From the human T2T-CHM13v2.0 reference genome, Homo sapiens, in NCBI RefSeq assembly GCF_009914755.1, contig NC_060933.1: DNA of 64,000 bases; one strand, written 5' to 3'. The translations under genes were made by a program, and so were the position numbers. Below, in pieces: positions 30,075 to 44,169 of this stretch; the first letter of the stretch is position 1, and every line of letters starts with the position of its first letter. The notes under the pieces are model-generated. The model made no database searches. It worked only from the letters and a program-made list of their open reading frames with translations, and had not been told where the DNA came from.

Positions 30075-31230
30075 TTCTATTTGTAAGGCACCTTGTCTAT
30101 TACTCCGTGCATTTGTATTGGTTTTTGCCTCATATATTTTGATGCTCTGTTGTTAGGTGTGTACACATTAAGGATTGTTTTGTCCTCTTGGAGAATTGAA
30201 CCATTTATCATTAGGTAAGTGCTCTTCTTCATCCCTGATAATTTTCCTTGTTCTGAAGTCTGCATTGACTGCAATTAATAGAGCTACTCCAGCTTTCTTT
30301 TGAATAGTGTTAGCATATATTATGGGTTGAATTGTGTCCCCTCCCCCAGATTTTTATTGTTGAAGTTCTAACTCCCAATACCTCAGAATGTGACTTGTAT
30401 ATTTGGATACAGGGTCTTTAAAGAGGTATAAAATTAAAATAAGGTCATAAGAATGGGCCCTAATCCACTATGGTTAGTGTCCTTATATGAAGAGGAAATT
30501 TGGACACAGATACGAACAGAGGGAACTCTATATTCTTCTCAAGAGGGAGAAGATGGCCATCTACAAGCCAAGGAGAGAGGCTAAGAACAGATCCTTCCCT
30601 CATGATCCTCGGAAAAAAATAATTCTGCCAACTCCTTGATCTCAGACTTCTAACCTCCAGATTGTGAGAACATAAATTTCCCTTGTTTAAGCCACCAATT
30701 TCTAGAACTTTGTTATGGAAGCCCTAGCTAATGAATACAGCATGGTATCTCTTCCACCATTCCATTACTTTTAACCTACTCGTGTCTTTGTAGAGTGAGT
30801 TTCTTGTAGACAACATATGGGTCTTGTTTTTTATTGTCTGACAATCACACTCACAAAAAATTGATATATTTGGACAATTCACACTTAAAGTGGCTATTGA
30901 TGTATTTGGTTTAACATCTACATGTTCCTAATGTTTTCTACTCATTGCACTTGTTCTTTGTTTATTTTTGCTCCCCCTTCTTTTCTATCTTCTTTTGCAT
31001 ATCAATTACACTTCTTTTTGAATTTTTTAGGTAGTTGCCCTAGAGTTTTCAATATACATTCACAACTGATCTAAGTCCACTTTCAAGTAACAAAATGCCA
31101 CTCTAGAGGTAGTGCAGTTACCTTATTCCCAATTCCTCCCTCCCATCCCTTAAAGCATTTATGCCATTCATTTGACTTATCCATAAGCTATCATCACCCA
31201 ATATATTGTTACTGTTATTACTTTAAACAG
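30075..31230 (-). mobile_element. Old L1M ORF2 endonuclease-region fragment, split by an MLT1
   Basis: ORF 30077-30274 contains MINGSILQEDKTILNVYTPNNRASKYMRQK, an L1 endonuclease motif. Confidence 0.8.
30318..30739 (+). mobile_element. MLT1B/MLT1A-like solo LTR nested in L1
   Basis: TATTATGGGTTGAATTGTGTCCC...GAATACA; TSD GCAT(A/G). Confidence 0.85.
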
Positions 31231-34200
31231 AGAGCTGAAAGGTTTAAAGCACTGGAGGGACAACAGGACACATACCAAATTACTGTACTAAAATGTAGAC
31301 TGATGGGTCAAAAATACCAGAAAGTCCACATTATAAGGTAGTCATTTGGAGGAAGGAGGCATTAAATCTAGAAATTCTAGAAATATTAGGAGAGGCCATA
31401 GTTGGTATGAACATAGAAAGATGAGTATGATTTGGACATACTTAGAGGGAAGAGCAATTGGTAGAGAATATCCCAGGTGGCAGGCACAGGATAGGATTGG
31501 GGAAAGCATTGGGATTAAAAAACACTGAGAATTTCAATCTGGTTAGAACTAAAGATGTATGATGGAAAGTAACTGGAAATAAAGTTAGAAAATAAGGTTG
31601 GGCTCATGTGGAATTTCTATTAACTTGCGTGTTTGTTCATCTACCATGTGATATTATTGACATTCATAATAATAATAACTAAGGTATTACAAAATCCAAA
31701 GTGCCTTGCAAACTGCTAAGGTAAAAATAACATTTGATATAATTTTAATGCTGTTTGTTTACTGTGTTCTCATTGTAAGCATAGTGTAAAGTTCCATGTT
31801 TGATGAGGAGTTAGGATGGTAAGGGATGTGAATAAGAGGAATTAAAGTCAGTGAACAAAGCAAAAATTACATAGTCAAAATTACCCTTGAAAATTCTTTA
31901 AATTGTCCAAAAGGTTTGTTAAGCATGACTTTATAAATACTATTTTATGCAATAATTCTTGGGCACACTAAGTTGTGAGAATAACTAAACTAGCTAATCT
32001 AAAGAACAAAAAAGGGGAAGAGGGAAAAAAGGAACGAAATTTATAAGCAGATGTCTGGGCATTTAAGCCACTCCATATATAAAATGATTATCAAATTCCT
32101 CTGTAGTGAATGGGAAAGTGTTTACTCATTTGGGTTTGCTATAAAGCCTCTTTAACCTTACTATATATATGAACTGTTTGGTGATGGTGTGTGTGGTGGC
32201 AGAGGACAATAAAGCAGACAGTGGTGAGGTTTAAGTACTAAAGTCAGTGGATTCATTATATAAATATGTTTAAATTGATATCATAAGATAGTAGAAACAT
32301 GGGATTTTGTGTCTACAATAGTTACAATTATCTAGATTGAAAGTAGAAGTTCATTTGAGCTAGTTAAAACAAAGAAAAATGAGGGATAGATTGGAGGGAG
32401 GTGGAGCCAGACACCTTCCATGAACATCTCCCCTCCAGGAAGAGCAAACTGAAAAACTATCCACACAAGAAAGCCCCTTTGTAAGAACCAAAAATCAGGT
32501 GAGTGATCACAGTACCTGGTTTAAACAGCTTATCAAGGAAGGGCACTGAAGAGGGTAGGAAAGACAGTCTTGAATTGCTGACACCACCCCTCCTCCATCC
32601 TCCAGCAGCAGCCGCGTGGTGAGGAGAGAGAATCTGTATGCCTGGGGGAGGAAGAGCACAGTGATTGTGAGACTTTGCATTGGAACTCAGTGCTGCCTGT
32701 CACAGTGGAAAGCAACACAAGAAAGAATTTAGCTGGTGCTCACAGAGGGAGCATTTAGACCAGCCCTAGCCAGAGGGGGATCATCCATCCCAATAGTCAG
32801 AACCTGAGTTCCAGCAAGCCACATGACCATGGGCTAAAGTGCTCTAGGACCCTAAATAAACTTGAAAGGCAGTCTAAGCAACAAGGACTGCATTTCCTGG
32901 GGAAGTCCTGGTACTGTGCTGGACTCAGAGCCAGTGGACCTGGGGGGAACGTGACCTAGTGAGACCCCAGCTGGGGTGGTCAAGGGAGTGCTTATGTCAA
33001 ACCTCCCTTAACCCTGGGCAGAACAGTTTGCAGCTCCAAAAGAGATTCCTTCCTTCCACTTGAGGAGAGAGAGGGAAGAGTAAAGAAGACTCTGTCTTGC
33101 AACTTGTATACCATCTTGGCCACAGTAGAACAGGGTACCAGGAAGAGTACTGAAGCCCCCAAACCAGTCCTAGTTCCTGAACAACATTTCTAGACACTGT
33201 GGGCCAGAAGGGGACCCTCTGCCTTAAAGAGAAGGACACAGTTATGGCAGGATTCATCTCTTGCTGACTAAAGAGCACTTGGGCCTTGAATAAACACCAG
33301 CGGCAGCAAGGCAGTACTTGTCACAGGACTTGGATGAGACTGAGTGCTGTGCTAGCTTCAGGTGTGACCCAGCACATTCCCAGCTGTAGTGGCTACGGAG
33401 AGATACTCCTTCGGTTTAACGAAAGGAGAGGGAAGAGTAAGCCTTGCAGCTAGCTTGGCCGCAGTAGGGTAAAGCACCAAGTGCGCTCCTGGGGTCTCTG
33501 ATTCCAGGACTTTGCTCCTAGATGGTATTCCTCAACTAACCCTGGGCCAGAGGGGAGCACACTGCCCTAAAGAGAGACCCAGGCCTGGCAGCATTCACTG
33601 CAAGCTGACTGAAGAGCCCTTGGGACTTGGGTAAACCAAGCAGTACTTGCCATAGGCCTGGGGTGGTGGTGGCCATGGGGAGAAACTCCTTCTTCTTGAG
33701 GAAAGGAGAGGTAAGAGTGGAAAGGACTTTATCTTGTGGCCTAGGTGCTAGCTCAGCCACAGTAAAATAGAGCACTAAGGAGCTGCCTAAGGTTCCCAGC
33801 TCCAGGCCCTGGCTCCCAGATAGCATTTTTGGACCTGCCCTGGGCTGAGGGGAGCCTATAGTCCTGAAGGGAAGGACAGAAGGCTAGCTGGATTTGCCAC
33901 CTGCTGACTGAAGAGCCCTTGAGCCTTGAGTGAACACTGGCAGTAGCCAGAGTGGCTGCTGCAGGCCTTGGGCGAGACCTAGTGCTATGCTGGCCACAGG
34001 TATGACCCAGCACAGTCCCAGTGGTGGTGGTTACGGGAGTGCTTGTGTCACTCCTCCCCCAGATCCAGGAAGCTCATCATGGAGAGACTCCATTTATTTG
34101 GGATAAGTAAGAAAAGTGAACAAGAGTCTCTGTCTGGTAATCCAGGGAATTCTCTCAGATCTTACCCAAGACCACCAAGGCAGTACATCTACGAGTCTGC

Positions 34201-35419
34201 AAGAGTCACAGCACTACTGGGCTTAGGGTGGCCCCTAATGCAGATATGCTTGCAGTGAACAGAGACTTATATCACAACACTCAATTCCCTCTGAATACCT
34301 GGAAATCCTTCCCAAGAAGGATAGGTACAAACAAGCCCAGACTGCAAAGACTACACCTAACTCTTCAATGCCCAGACATTGCTGAATATCCACAAGCATC
34401 AAGACCATCAAGGAAAACATGACCTCACTAAACAACATAAATAAGGCACCAGTGACCAATTCTGGAGTGACAGAATTACATGAACATTCAGACAGAAAAT
34501 TCAAAATAGCTCTTTTGAGGAAGTACAACAAAATTCAAGATAACACAGAGAAGGAATTTAGAATCATATCAGATAAATTTAACAGAGATTCAAATAATTT
34601 TTAAAAACCAAGCAGAAATTCTGAAGCTAAAAAATTCAGCTGGCATACTGAAGAAGGAATCAGAGTATCTCAACAACAGAACTGATCAAGCAGAAGAAAG
34701 AATGAGTGAGCCTGAAGATAGGCTACCTGAAAATACACAGTCACAGGAGACAAAATGAAAAAGAATAAAAAAGAATAAGGCATGCCTACAGGATCTAGAA
34801 AATAGCCTCAAAAGGGCAAATCTAAGAGTTACTGGCTTTAAAGAAAAGGTAGAGAGAGATTGGGGTAGAAAATGTATTAAAAGGGATAATAACAGAGAAC
34901 ATTCCAAACCTAGAGAAAGATATAGGTATTTAAGCACAAGAAGATTATAGAACACCAAGCAGATTTAACCCAAAGAACATTACTTCAAAGCATTTAATAA
35001 TCAAACTCGCAAAGGTGAAGGAAAGGAAGAACCTTAAAAGCAGCCAAAGAAAAGAACCAAATAACATACAAAGGAGCTCCAATATGTCTGGCAGCAGACT
35101 TCTCAGTGGAAACCTTACAGGTTTGACATGGCAGTACATATGGTGTGACAGAGTGGCATGACATATTTAAAGTGATGAAGAAAACACGTTTATCCTAGAA
35201 TAGTATATCCGGTAAAAAATATCCTTCAACCATGAAGAATAAATAGAGACTTTCCCAGAGAAAGAAAAACTGAGGGATTTCATCAACACCGAACTTGTCC
35301 TACAAGAAATGCTAACGGGAGTCCTTCAATCTGAAAGAAAAGGATGTTAAGCAATAAGAAGTGATCTGAAGGTACAAAACTCACTGGTAATAATAAGTAA
35401 ACAGGCAAAAACGGAAGTT

Positions 35420-35745
35420 TTTTCTTAAGACAGGGTCTAGCTTTGTTGCCCACCCAGCCTGCAGTGCAGTGGTGCTATTAATAACACAGCTCACTGCATC
35501 CTCAACTCCTGGGCTCAGGTGATCCTCCCACCTCAGCCTTCCAAGTGGCTGGGACCACAGGCTCATGCCACAGTGCCTGGCTTATTTTTTTAAAAATTTT
35601 TGAAGAGACAGGGTCTTGCCATGTTGCCCAGGCTAGTCTCAAACACATGGGCTCAAGGTGTTCAGACTGCCTGGGCAACATGGCCAAAACTGTCTTGCCC
35701 TCCCAAAGTGCTGGGGTTATAGGCATGAGCTACTGTGCCCAGCCA
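35420..35745 (-). mobile_element. AluJ in L1, carrying an internal inverted duplication
   Basis: Antisense Alu with GCCATGTTGCCCAGGC followed by GCCTGGGCAACATGGC. Confidence 0.85.
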
Positions 35746-36454
35746 AACACAGAATATCGTAACACTGTAATTGTGGTATGGAAATTACTCACGTCTTGAG
35801 CAGAAATACTAAAATATGAACCTATCAAAAATAATAATTACAACAACTTTTCAAGACACGGACAGTGTAAGATATAAATAAGAACACCAAAAAGTTAAAA
35901 AGCAAGCAGTTAAAGTGTAAAGTGAAGTTGAAGTGTAGAGTTTTTATTACTCTTCTCTTTGCTTATTTGTTTGTTTTTACAACCAGTGTTTAGTTGTTAT
36001 CAGCTTAAAATAATGGGTTATAAGCTGTTATTTCCATGCCTCATGAGAACCTCAAATTTAAAAACCTACAGCAGATACACAAAAAGTAAAAAGCAAGAAA
36101 TTGGAACATACCACCAGAGAAAATACTCTTCACAAAAGGAAGGAAGGGCGGGAGGGAGGGAGGAAAGAAAGCAGGCAGGCAGGGAGGGAAGACCACAAAA
36201 CAACAAGAAAACAAATTATAAAATGGCAGAAGTAAGTCCTTACTTATTGATAGTAACATTTCATATAAATGGACTAAACTCACCAATCAAAAAGACACAG
36301 AGTAGTTGAACTAATTAAAAAAGACACAAAGATCTGTTGTCTACAGGAAACACAGTTTACCTATAATGACACATGGATTGAAAATAAAGAGATGGAAAAA
36401 AATATTCCTTGCCAATTGAAACAAACAAAAAAGGAGCAGGAGCAGCCATATACG

Positions 36455-36739
36455 CTTTTTGTTTTTTGTTTTTTTTTTGAGATGGAGTCTCGCTCTGTTG
36501 CCCAGGCTGGAGTGCAGTGGCATGATCTCAGCTCACTGCAACCTCTGCCCTACTGGGTTCAAGCAATTCTCCCACCTCAGCCTCCTGAATAGCTGGGATT
36601 ACAGGCACATGCCACCACGTCTGGTGAATTTTTGTATTTTCAGTAGAGATGGGGTTTCACCATGTTGGCCAGGCTGGTCTTGAACTACTGACCTCAAGTT
36701 ATCTGCCCATTTCAGCCTCCCAAAGTGCTGGGATTACAA
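36455..36739 (-). mobile_element. Alu (AluS-like) in L1 ORF2
   Basis: TSD AGCAGGAGCAGC(C/T)ATAT. Confidence 0.92.
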
Positions 36740-38399
36740 GCAGGAGCAGCTATATTTTTATTAGACAAAAGATTTCAGACAAAGTCTATAAAAAGAGACA
36801 AAGAAGGTCATTATATAATGATAAAGGGGTCAATTCAGCAAGAGAATTTAGTAATTCTAAACATATATGCACCTAACACGGGAGAGCACCCAGGTATACA
36901 AAGCAAATATTATTAAAACTAAGGTCAGAGATAGACCCCAATACAATGATAGCTGGAGACTTCAACACCCTATTTTCAGCATTGGACACATCACCCAGAC
37001 AGAAAATCAACAAGGAAACACTGGATTTAATCTGTACTATAGACCAAATGGACTTAATAGATATTTACAGAACATTTCATCTAATGCCTGTAGAATACAC
37101 ATTCTTCTCTTTATTATATGAATCATTCTCAAGGATAGGTCATATATTAGGTCACAAAACAAGTCTTAGAACACTCAAAAAAATCAGAATAATATCAAGT
37201 GCCTTCTCTCACCATAATGGAATAAAACTATAAATCAAAAACAAGAGGAACTTTGGAAACTATACAAACACATAGAAATTAAATAATAGGCTCTTGAATG
37301 ACCAGCAGGTCAATAAAAAAATTAAGAAGGAAATTTAAAATTTCCTAAAACAAATGAAAATGGAAACATGACACACCAAAAGCCATGAGATACAGCAGAA
37401 GCAGTACTAAGAGGAAAGTTTATAGCAATAACCACCTAATAAAAAAGGAGAAAAACTTCAAACAACCCAACAATGCATCTTAAAGAACTAGAAAACAAGA
37501 GCAAACCAAACCTCAAATTAGTAGAAGAAAATAAATAATAAAAATCAGAGCAGAAATAAATGATATAAAAATGAACAAAACAATACAAAAATCAATAAAA
37601 TGATAAGGTGGTTTTTGAAAAGATAAATAAAGTCAATCAACTTTTAGCTAGACTAAGAAAAAAGACAGAAGACCCAAAGAAATAAAATCAGAGATGAAAA
37701 AGGAGACACTATAATCTAAACTGCAGAAATTCAAAAGATCATTAGAGACTACTATGAGCAAGTATATGCCAATAAATTAGAAAATCTAGAATAAATGGAC
37801 AAATTTCTAGACACATACAACCTGCCAAGATTGAACCATGAAGAAGTCAAAAACCTGAACACACCAATCATAAGTAATGAGATTGAAGCTATAATAAAAA
37901 GGCTTCCAGCAAAGAAAAGCCCACTCAGGTGTCTGCTCCTGGACCAATTCCCTCTGGTCAAGGGTAGGAAGGGGTTCATGCTGGTACAACAGAGACTCAT
38001 AACTGTTAGCATTCAGATCTGGAGGGGAGGAGCAGTTCCTGGGCTTTTCTTTGCAGTTCTCAGAAAAGTAATGGGCCAGGAAGATAACCTATTAGGTCTA
38101 TACCATTGTGCCAAATTTGGATTTTATTTCAGATTCTTCATATACTTGCTTTATGATACTAGAAAATTTATTTCTTAATTCATGTAAAATACATTGTTTT
38201 CCTAGGATGTTCCAGGAACCGTACTAGGTTCTAAGTAAATAATAATGTATATCTTTCCTCAAGAAACTTAGAATCTAGTAGAGTCACAGATAAGAAGATG
38301 AAGAATTCAACTAATTATGATAAGGACCTTTATAGGGATAAGCATAGATTGCTGTAGTAGCTTATAAGGGGACATTAAACCTGGACTTGAGAGGGTGAG

Positions 38400-40711
38400 A
38401 GTATTAGTCTGTTTTCACGCTGCTGATAAAGACATGCCCGAGACTGGGAAGAAAAAAAGATTTAATTGAACTTACAGTTCCACATGGCTAGGGAGGCCTC
38501 AGAATTATGGCAGGAGGTGAAAGGCACTTCTTACATGGTGGTGACAAGAGAAAATACGGAAGATGCAATAGCGGAAACCCCTGATAAAACCATCAGATCT
38601 CACGAGACTTATTCACTACTACGAGAACAGTATGGAGGAAACTGCCCCCATGATTCAAATTATCTCCCAGCAGGTCCCTCCCACAACACGTGGGAATTAC
38701 GGGAGTATAATTCAAGATGATATTTGGGTGGGGACACAGAGCCAAACCATATCATTCAGCCCTTGGACCCTCCGAATCTCATGTCCTCACATTTCAAAAG
38801 CAATTATGCCTTCCCAACAATCCCCCAAAGTCTTAACTCATTTTAGCATTAACCCAAAAGTCCACAGTCCAAAGTCTCATCTGAGACAAGGCAAGTCTCT
38901 TCTGCCTATGAATCTGTGAAATCAAAAGCAAGCTAGTTACTTTCTAGATACAATGGGGTACAGGTATTAGGTAAATGCAGCTGTTACAAATGGGAGAAAT
39001 TGGCCAAAACAAAGGGGTTACAGGGCACGTGCCCTGTAACAGAAAGCAGTCAAATTCTACAGCTTCAAAATGATATCCTTTGACTCCACGTCTCATATCC
39101 AGGTCATGCTGAGGCAAGAGGTAGGTTCCATTGTCTTGGGCAGCTCCATCCCTGTGGCTTTGCAGGGTATACCACCCCTCCTGGCTGCTTTCACGGGCTG
39201 GTGTTGAGTGTCTGTGGCTTTTCCAGGTGCACAGTGCAAGGTATCAGTGAATCTACCATTCTGGGGTCTAGAGGACTAGAGGACGGTGGCCCTCTTCTCA
39301 CAGCTCCACTAGGTAGTGCCCCAGTAGCATCTCTGTGTGGGGGCTCTGACCCCACATTTCCTTTCTGTACGGCCTTAGCAGAGGTTCTCCATGAGGACCC
39401 CACCCCTGCAGCAAACTTTTGCCTGGGCATCCAGGCATTTCCATACATCCTCTGAAATCTAGGTGGAGGTTCCCAAACCCCAATTCTTTACTTCTGTGCA
39501 CTTGCAGGCTCAAAACCACGTGGAAGCTGCCAAGGCTTGGGGCTTGCACCCTCTGAAACCACAGCCCAAGCTCCACATTGGCCCCTTTCAGCCACAGCTG
39601 GAGCAGCTGAGACACAGGGCACCAAGTTCCTAGGCTGTACACGCACGAGGACCCTTGGCCCAGCCCATGAAACCATATTTTCCTCCAAGGCCTCCAGGCC
39701 TGTGATGGGAAGAGCTGCTGTGAAGACCTCTCACATGCCCTGGAAACATTTTCCCCATTGTCTTGGCGATTAACATTTGGCTCCTCATTACTTATGCAAA
39801 TTTCTGCAGACAGCTTGACTTTCTCCTCTGAAAATGGGATTTTCTTTTCTGTCACATTGTCAGGCTACAAATTTTCCAAACTATTATGCTCTGCTTCCCT
39901 GATAAAACTGAATACCTTTAACAGCACCCAAGACACCTCTTGAATACTTTGCTGTTTAGAAATTTCTTCCACCAGATACCCTAAATCATCTCTCTCAAGT
40001 TCAAAGCTCCACAAATCTCCAGGGCAGGGGCAAAATGCTGGCAGTCTCTGCTAAAATATAACGAGAGTCACTTTTGCTCCAGTTCCCAACAAGTTCCTCA
40101 TCTCTATCTGAGACCACCTCAGCCTGGACCTTATTGTTAATATCACGATCAGCATTTTTGTCAAAGTCATTCAACAAGTCTCTAGGAGGCTCCAAACTTT
40201 CCCACACTTTCCTGTCTTCTTCCGAGCCCTCCAAACTGTTCCAACCTCTGCCTGATAACCAGTTCCAAAGTTGCTTCCACATTTTTGGGTACCTTTTCAG
40301 CAACGCCCCACTCTACTGGTACCAATTTACTGTATTAGTCCATTTTCATGCTGCTGATAAAGACATACCCAAGACTGGGAAGAAATACAGAAGAACTGTA
40401 TTTGGACTTACAGTTCCACATGGCTGGGGAGGCCTCAGAGTCATGGCGGGAGGTGAAAGGCACTTCTTACATGGCAGCAGCAAGAGAAAATGAGGAAGAT
40501 GCAAAAGTGTGGAAACCCCTGATAAAACCATCAGATCTCTTGAGACTTATTTACTACCATGAGAACAGTATGGGGGAAATCGCCCCCATGATTCAAATTA
40601 TCTCCCATGATTCAAATTATATCCCACCAGGTCCTTCCCACAACATGTAGGAATTATGGAAGTACAATTCAAGATGAGATTTGGGTGGGGACACAGAGCC
40701 AAACCATATCA
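38400..40711 (-). mobile_element. Full-length THE1 (THE1C-like) MaLR element: LTR 38400-38754, internal region, LTR 40331-40711
   Basis: Two GTATTAGTC...GCTGCTGATAAAGACAT...CCAAACCATATCA LTRs flank about 1.6 kb of THE1-int; TSD GTG(A/G)G. Confidence 0.93.
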
Positions 40712-40897
40712 GTGGGAGAAGCTTCCTAGGTGAGATGACTTTTGAGTCCAGCAGAATAAAGAGTAATTTCTTTACTCTGGGGTGGGGGGAAAGAGATGGG
40801 GGAAAGCAGGCAAAAAATGGCATTCTAAGAAGAAAGAGTAATAGTTGCAAAATCAATTTGGATTTTTTAAAATGTTTTATTATAGAAATCATAAAGG

Positions 40898-41172
40898 GGG
40901 CCTGGTGTGGTGGCACACACCTGTAATCCTAGCACTTTGGGAGGCTGAGGTAGGAGGATCACTTGAGCTCAGGAATTGGAGACTAGACTGGGCAACACAG
41001 GGAGTCCCAATTTCTAGAAAAATAAAATTAGCCCAGCATAGTGGCATACACCTGTGGTTCCAGCTTCTTGGGAAGCTGAGGCAGGAGGAGGTCAAGGCTG
41101 CAGTGAACCATGATCACCCTCATTGCACTCTAGTCTGGGTGACAAAGCAAGATTCTATCTCAAAACAAAACA
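40898..41172 (+). mobile_element. AluJ-like, with tail expanded into a purine-rich repeat
   Basis: Sense Alu dimer. Confidence 0.85.
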
Positions 41173-41173
41173 C

Positions 41174-41370
41174 GAAGGAAGGAAGGAAGGGAGGGAAGGA
41201 AATAAGAAAGGAAAGGAAAAGGAAGGAAGGAAATAAGAAAGGAAAGGAAAAAAGGGAAGGAAGGAAGGAAATAAGAAAGGAAAGGAAAAGAAAGGGAAGG
41301 AAGGGAAGGAAGGAAGGAAAAAAGAAAGAAAAGAAAGAAAAACAAGAAAGAAAGAAAAAGAAAGAGAAAA
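41174..41370 (+). repeat. GA-rich low-complexity tract with (GGAA)n and three AAGGAAATAAGAAAGGAAAGGAAAA units
   Basis: About 200 bp, almost entirely purine on the + strand. Confidence 0.95.
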
Positions 41371-42045
41371 ATCATAATGGGATTTTGATAAATTTTTAAG
41401 TTAGTTTGGTGGAAATGGACAACTTTACAATATTGACTGTATTACTTTTCCACATAGTCAAGTCTTTACTTGTATCTTATATGGAAATATGGAAGTCAGG
41501 TTAAAGTATAAATACTGTTACGTAAGATTTGAGTCTTACTCCTGTTATGTAGTATATGAGACTTGGACCTTGGTCAAGTTACTCTCTAAGCCTCAATTTC
41601 CTAGTTTGTATGAAGGGGGTGATTGTAATACCTACTTCATGGGTTGTCATCAGTATTAAATAACATATTGCATGTAAAGCGCCTAACCAAGTGCTTTACA
41701 CATCACATGCAATCAAATAAAAAGCTACTTCTTCCCCCCTCCCTTTTTACATGGCTTTATTTAGGTATAATTCACATACAATAAGCACTTATACATAAAC
41801 ATATTTACAGTGTACAATTTGGTAAGTTTTGACATATATATACGTCCATGCAGCTATTACCACAATCAAGATAATGAACATTTCTATCACTCCCAAAGTT
41901 TCCTTATGCCCCTTTGTGATCCTTCCTTCCACCCCTATCCCTCATCTAGCTATTATTCTCAATTCTTCAAATAGGTCTTGTAATTCCTTATAAACACAAA
42001 CTTGATTTTTGTCATTTTTGAATGTAATCTTCCTCCCAGTACATT

Positions 42046-42409
<364 letters not shown>

Positions 42410-42713
42410 TAGGAGAGGTATTTTATAGCCATCTTATTGAATTAGTTTCAGTTTATTCCATGGATTTTCCAAGAAAGCAATCAATCATAACACCCTAAGA
42501 ATTTTTTTTAATTTTCTTTCCAACATATACACTTAATGTTTTGTTTGGACTTGCTGGGTTCAGTTAGGACTTCAGGAAAATGTCGGCCAGTAGTAGCAGG
42601 CCTGCCCCTAACAACTTGATGACCTAGAGTACACAAAAGAGGTCCACACACCATATGTTTGAATATTTAAAGATTATAAATCAAGCTAACCAACAGTTAG
42701 ATTAAAAGGTTTT

Positions 42714-43023
<310 letters not shown>

Positions 43024-44169
43024 CTACTACTTTGACACACCTAACTTACAGCAAACATACATATAACAACTTAGAAGTCCAGGTCCAAATTTAGAATCTT
43101 TGAGTACCACACCTCCTGATTTTGTACCTGAGGAAGCTTTTTCAGAACTTAACACAAATGATCTTTTATTTCAAAAGATCTTATTTCACTGATCCTTGCA
43201 TAAAAAACATTTTCTCACAGTATTGCCTAATACTTTAATTTTTCTCCTTAGAATCAAAATTTGATAAATACATTCTGGAGCTCATTGTAAAACAAATATC
43301 AGTATACATTATGTCCCCAAAGAAAATCCAAATTGCTTGGTAGATTTGGTGCTTTGTTTTAGAAATTGTCTTTCAAGGCTTTTTAAAGGATCTACAGGCC
43401 CCTAATCTTCCCTGTTTACCTCCTACTCTACTGGAAGACCCTAAGAACTCAGTTTCCTTAACTGTGGTTTGAACATCCTGATCACTTCTGAGACAATGCC
43501 ATTAGTGAATACATTCTAAGCACGTCATCTGAATATTCACAGACATCTTTTTAAAAGGGCTGGATCTGGAAGTTAGGCCATGAAGAGAGGAGGACCTGTG
43601 ACTTGGACAAGGCTTCAAAGCCGGCCACCTGCTTGTTCATGTGGTTGCAGCTGGTCTAACTGGAATAACTTGGGAAGGAAATTAGGACACCCAGTTGGAG
43701 TTCCAGCTCTGCCATAAGCTGGCTGAACTGGAGTGAGTCACTTAAAACTCTTTGTTAAACCCCAGAGTCATAATCTATAAAATCGGGATAAAGACGTTTG
43801 CCTTAAGCCCTCCACCAGTTTTTGGAGGAAACCACAATTTGCTGAGCTTTAATTTTTACACCTGTTGCAATTAAGATGGCACTCCTGCCCTGTCCACTTC
43901 ACAGGGCTTTTGGGGACGGGATGGGGAGGCACCACCTTTCTGAGCTTCAGTTTCAAAACAGAGCTAAGAATACATGCCCAACCCGCAAATAAAATTCTAG
44001 GAAGAACAGAGGAAAACGGACAGGAAAACTGCGAAATGCAGTCGGCCATACAAGCATGAATTGTCTTAAACACAACAAGCAGACCTAAAGAGCGTTTGTG
44101 CGTCTCTCTCCTCTTGGCTCGAGTCACAACCCCATAACGTAAATCAATATCACTTTTGAAAAAGGCTTT

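Larger units (their letters stand above)
32385..37922 (+). mobile_element. Old L1 (L1M1/L1PB-like): repetitive 5' UTR, degenerate ORF1, ORF2 endonuclease; 3'-truncated
   Basis: ORF1-like SDRKFKIALLRK; endonuclease motifs RDKEGHYIMIKGSIQQE and IAGDFNTL; [17 protein letters not shown]; many frameshifts. Confidence 0.88.

Noticed and set aside
39191-40650. ORFs up to 185 aa in THE1
   Set aside because: Fragments of degenerate MaLR sequence; no intact gene.
40845-41399. 184-aa K/E/R-rich ORF
   Set aside because: Translation of an Alu plus the GA-rich repeat.
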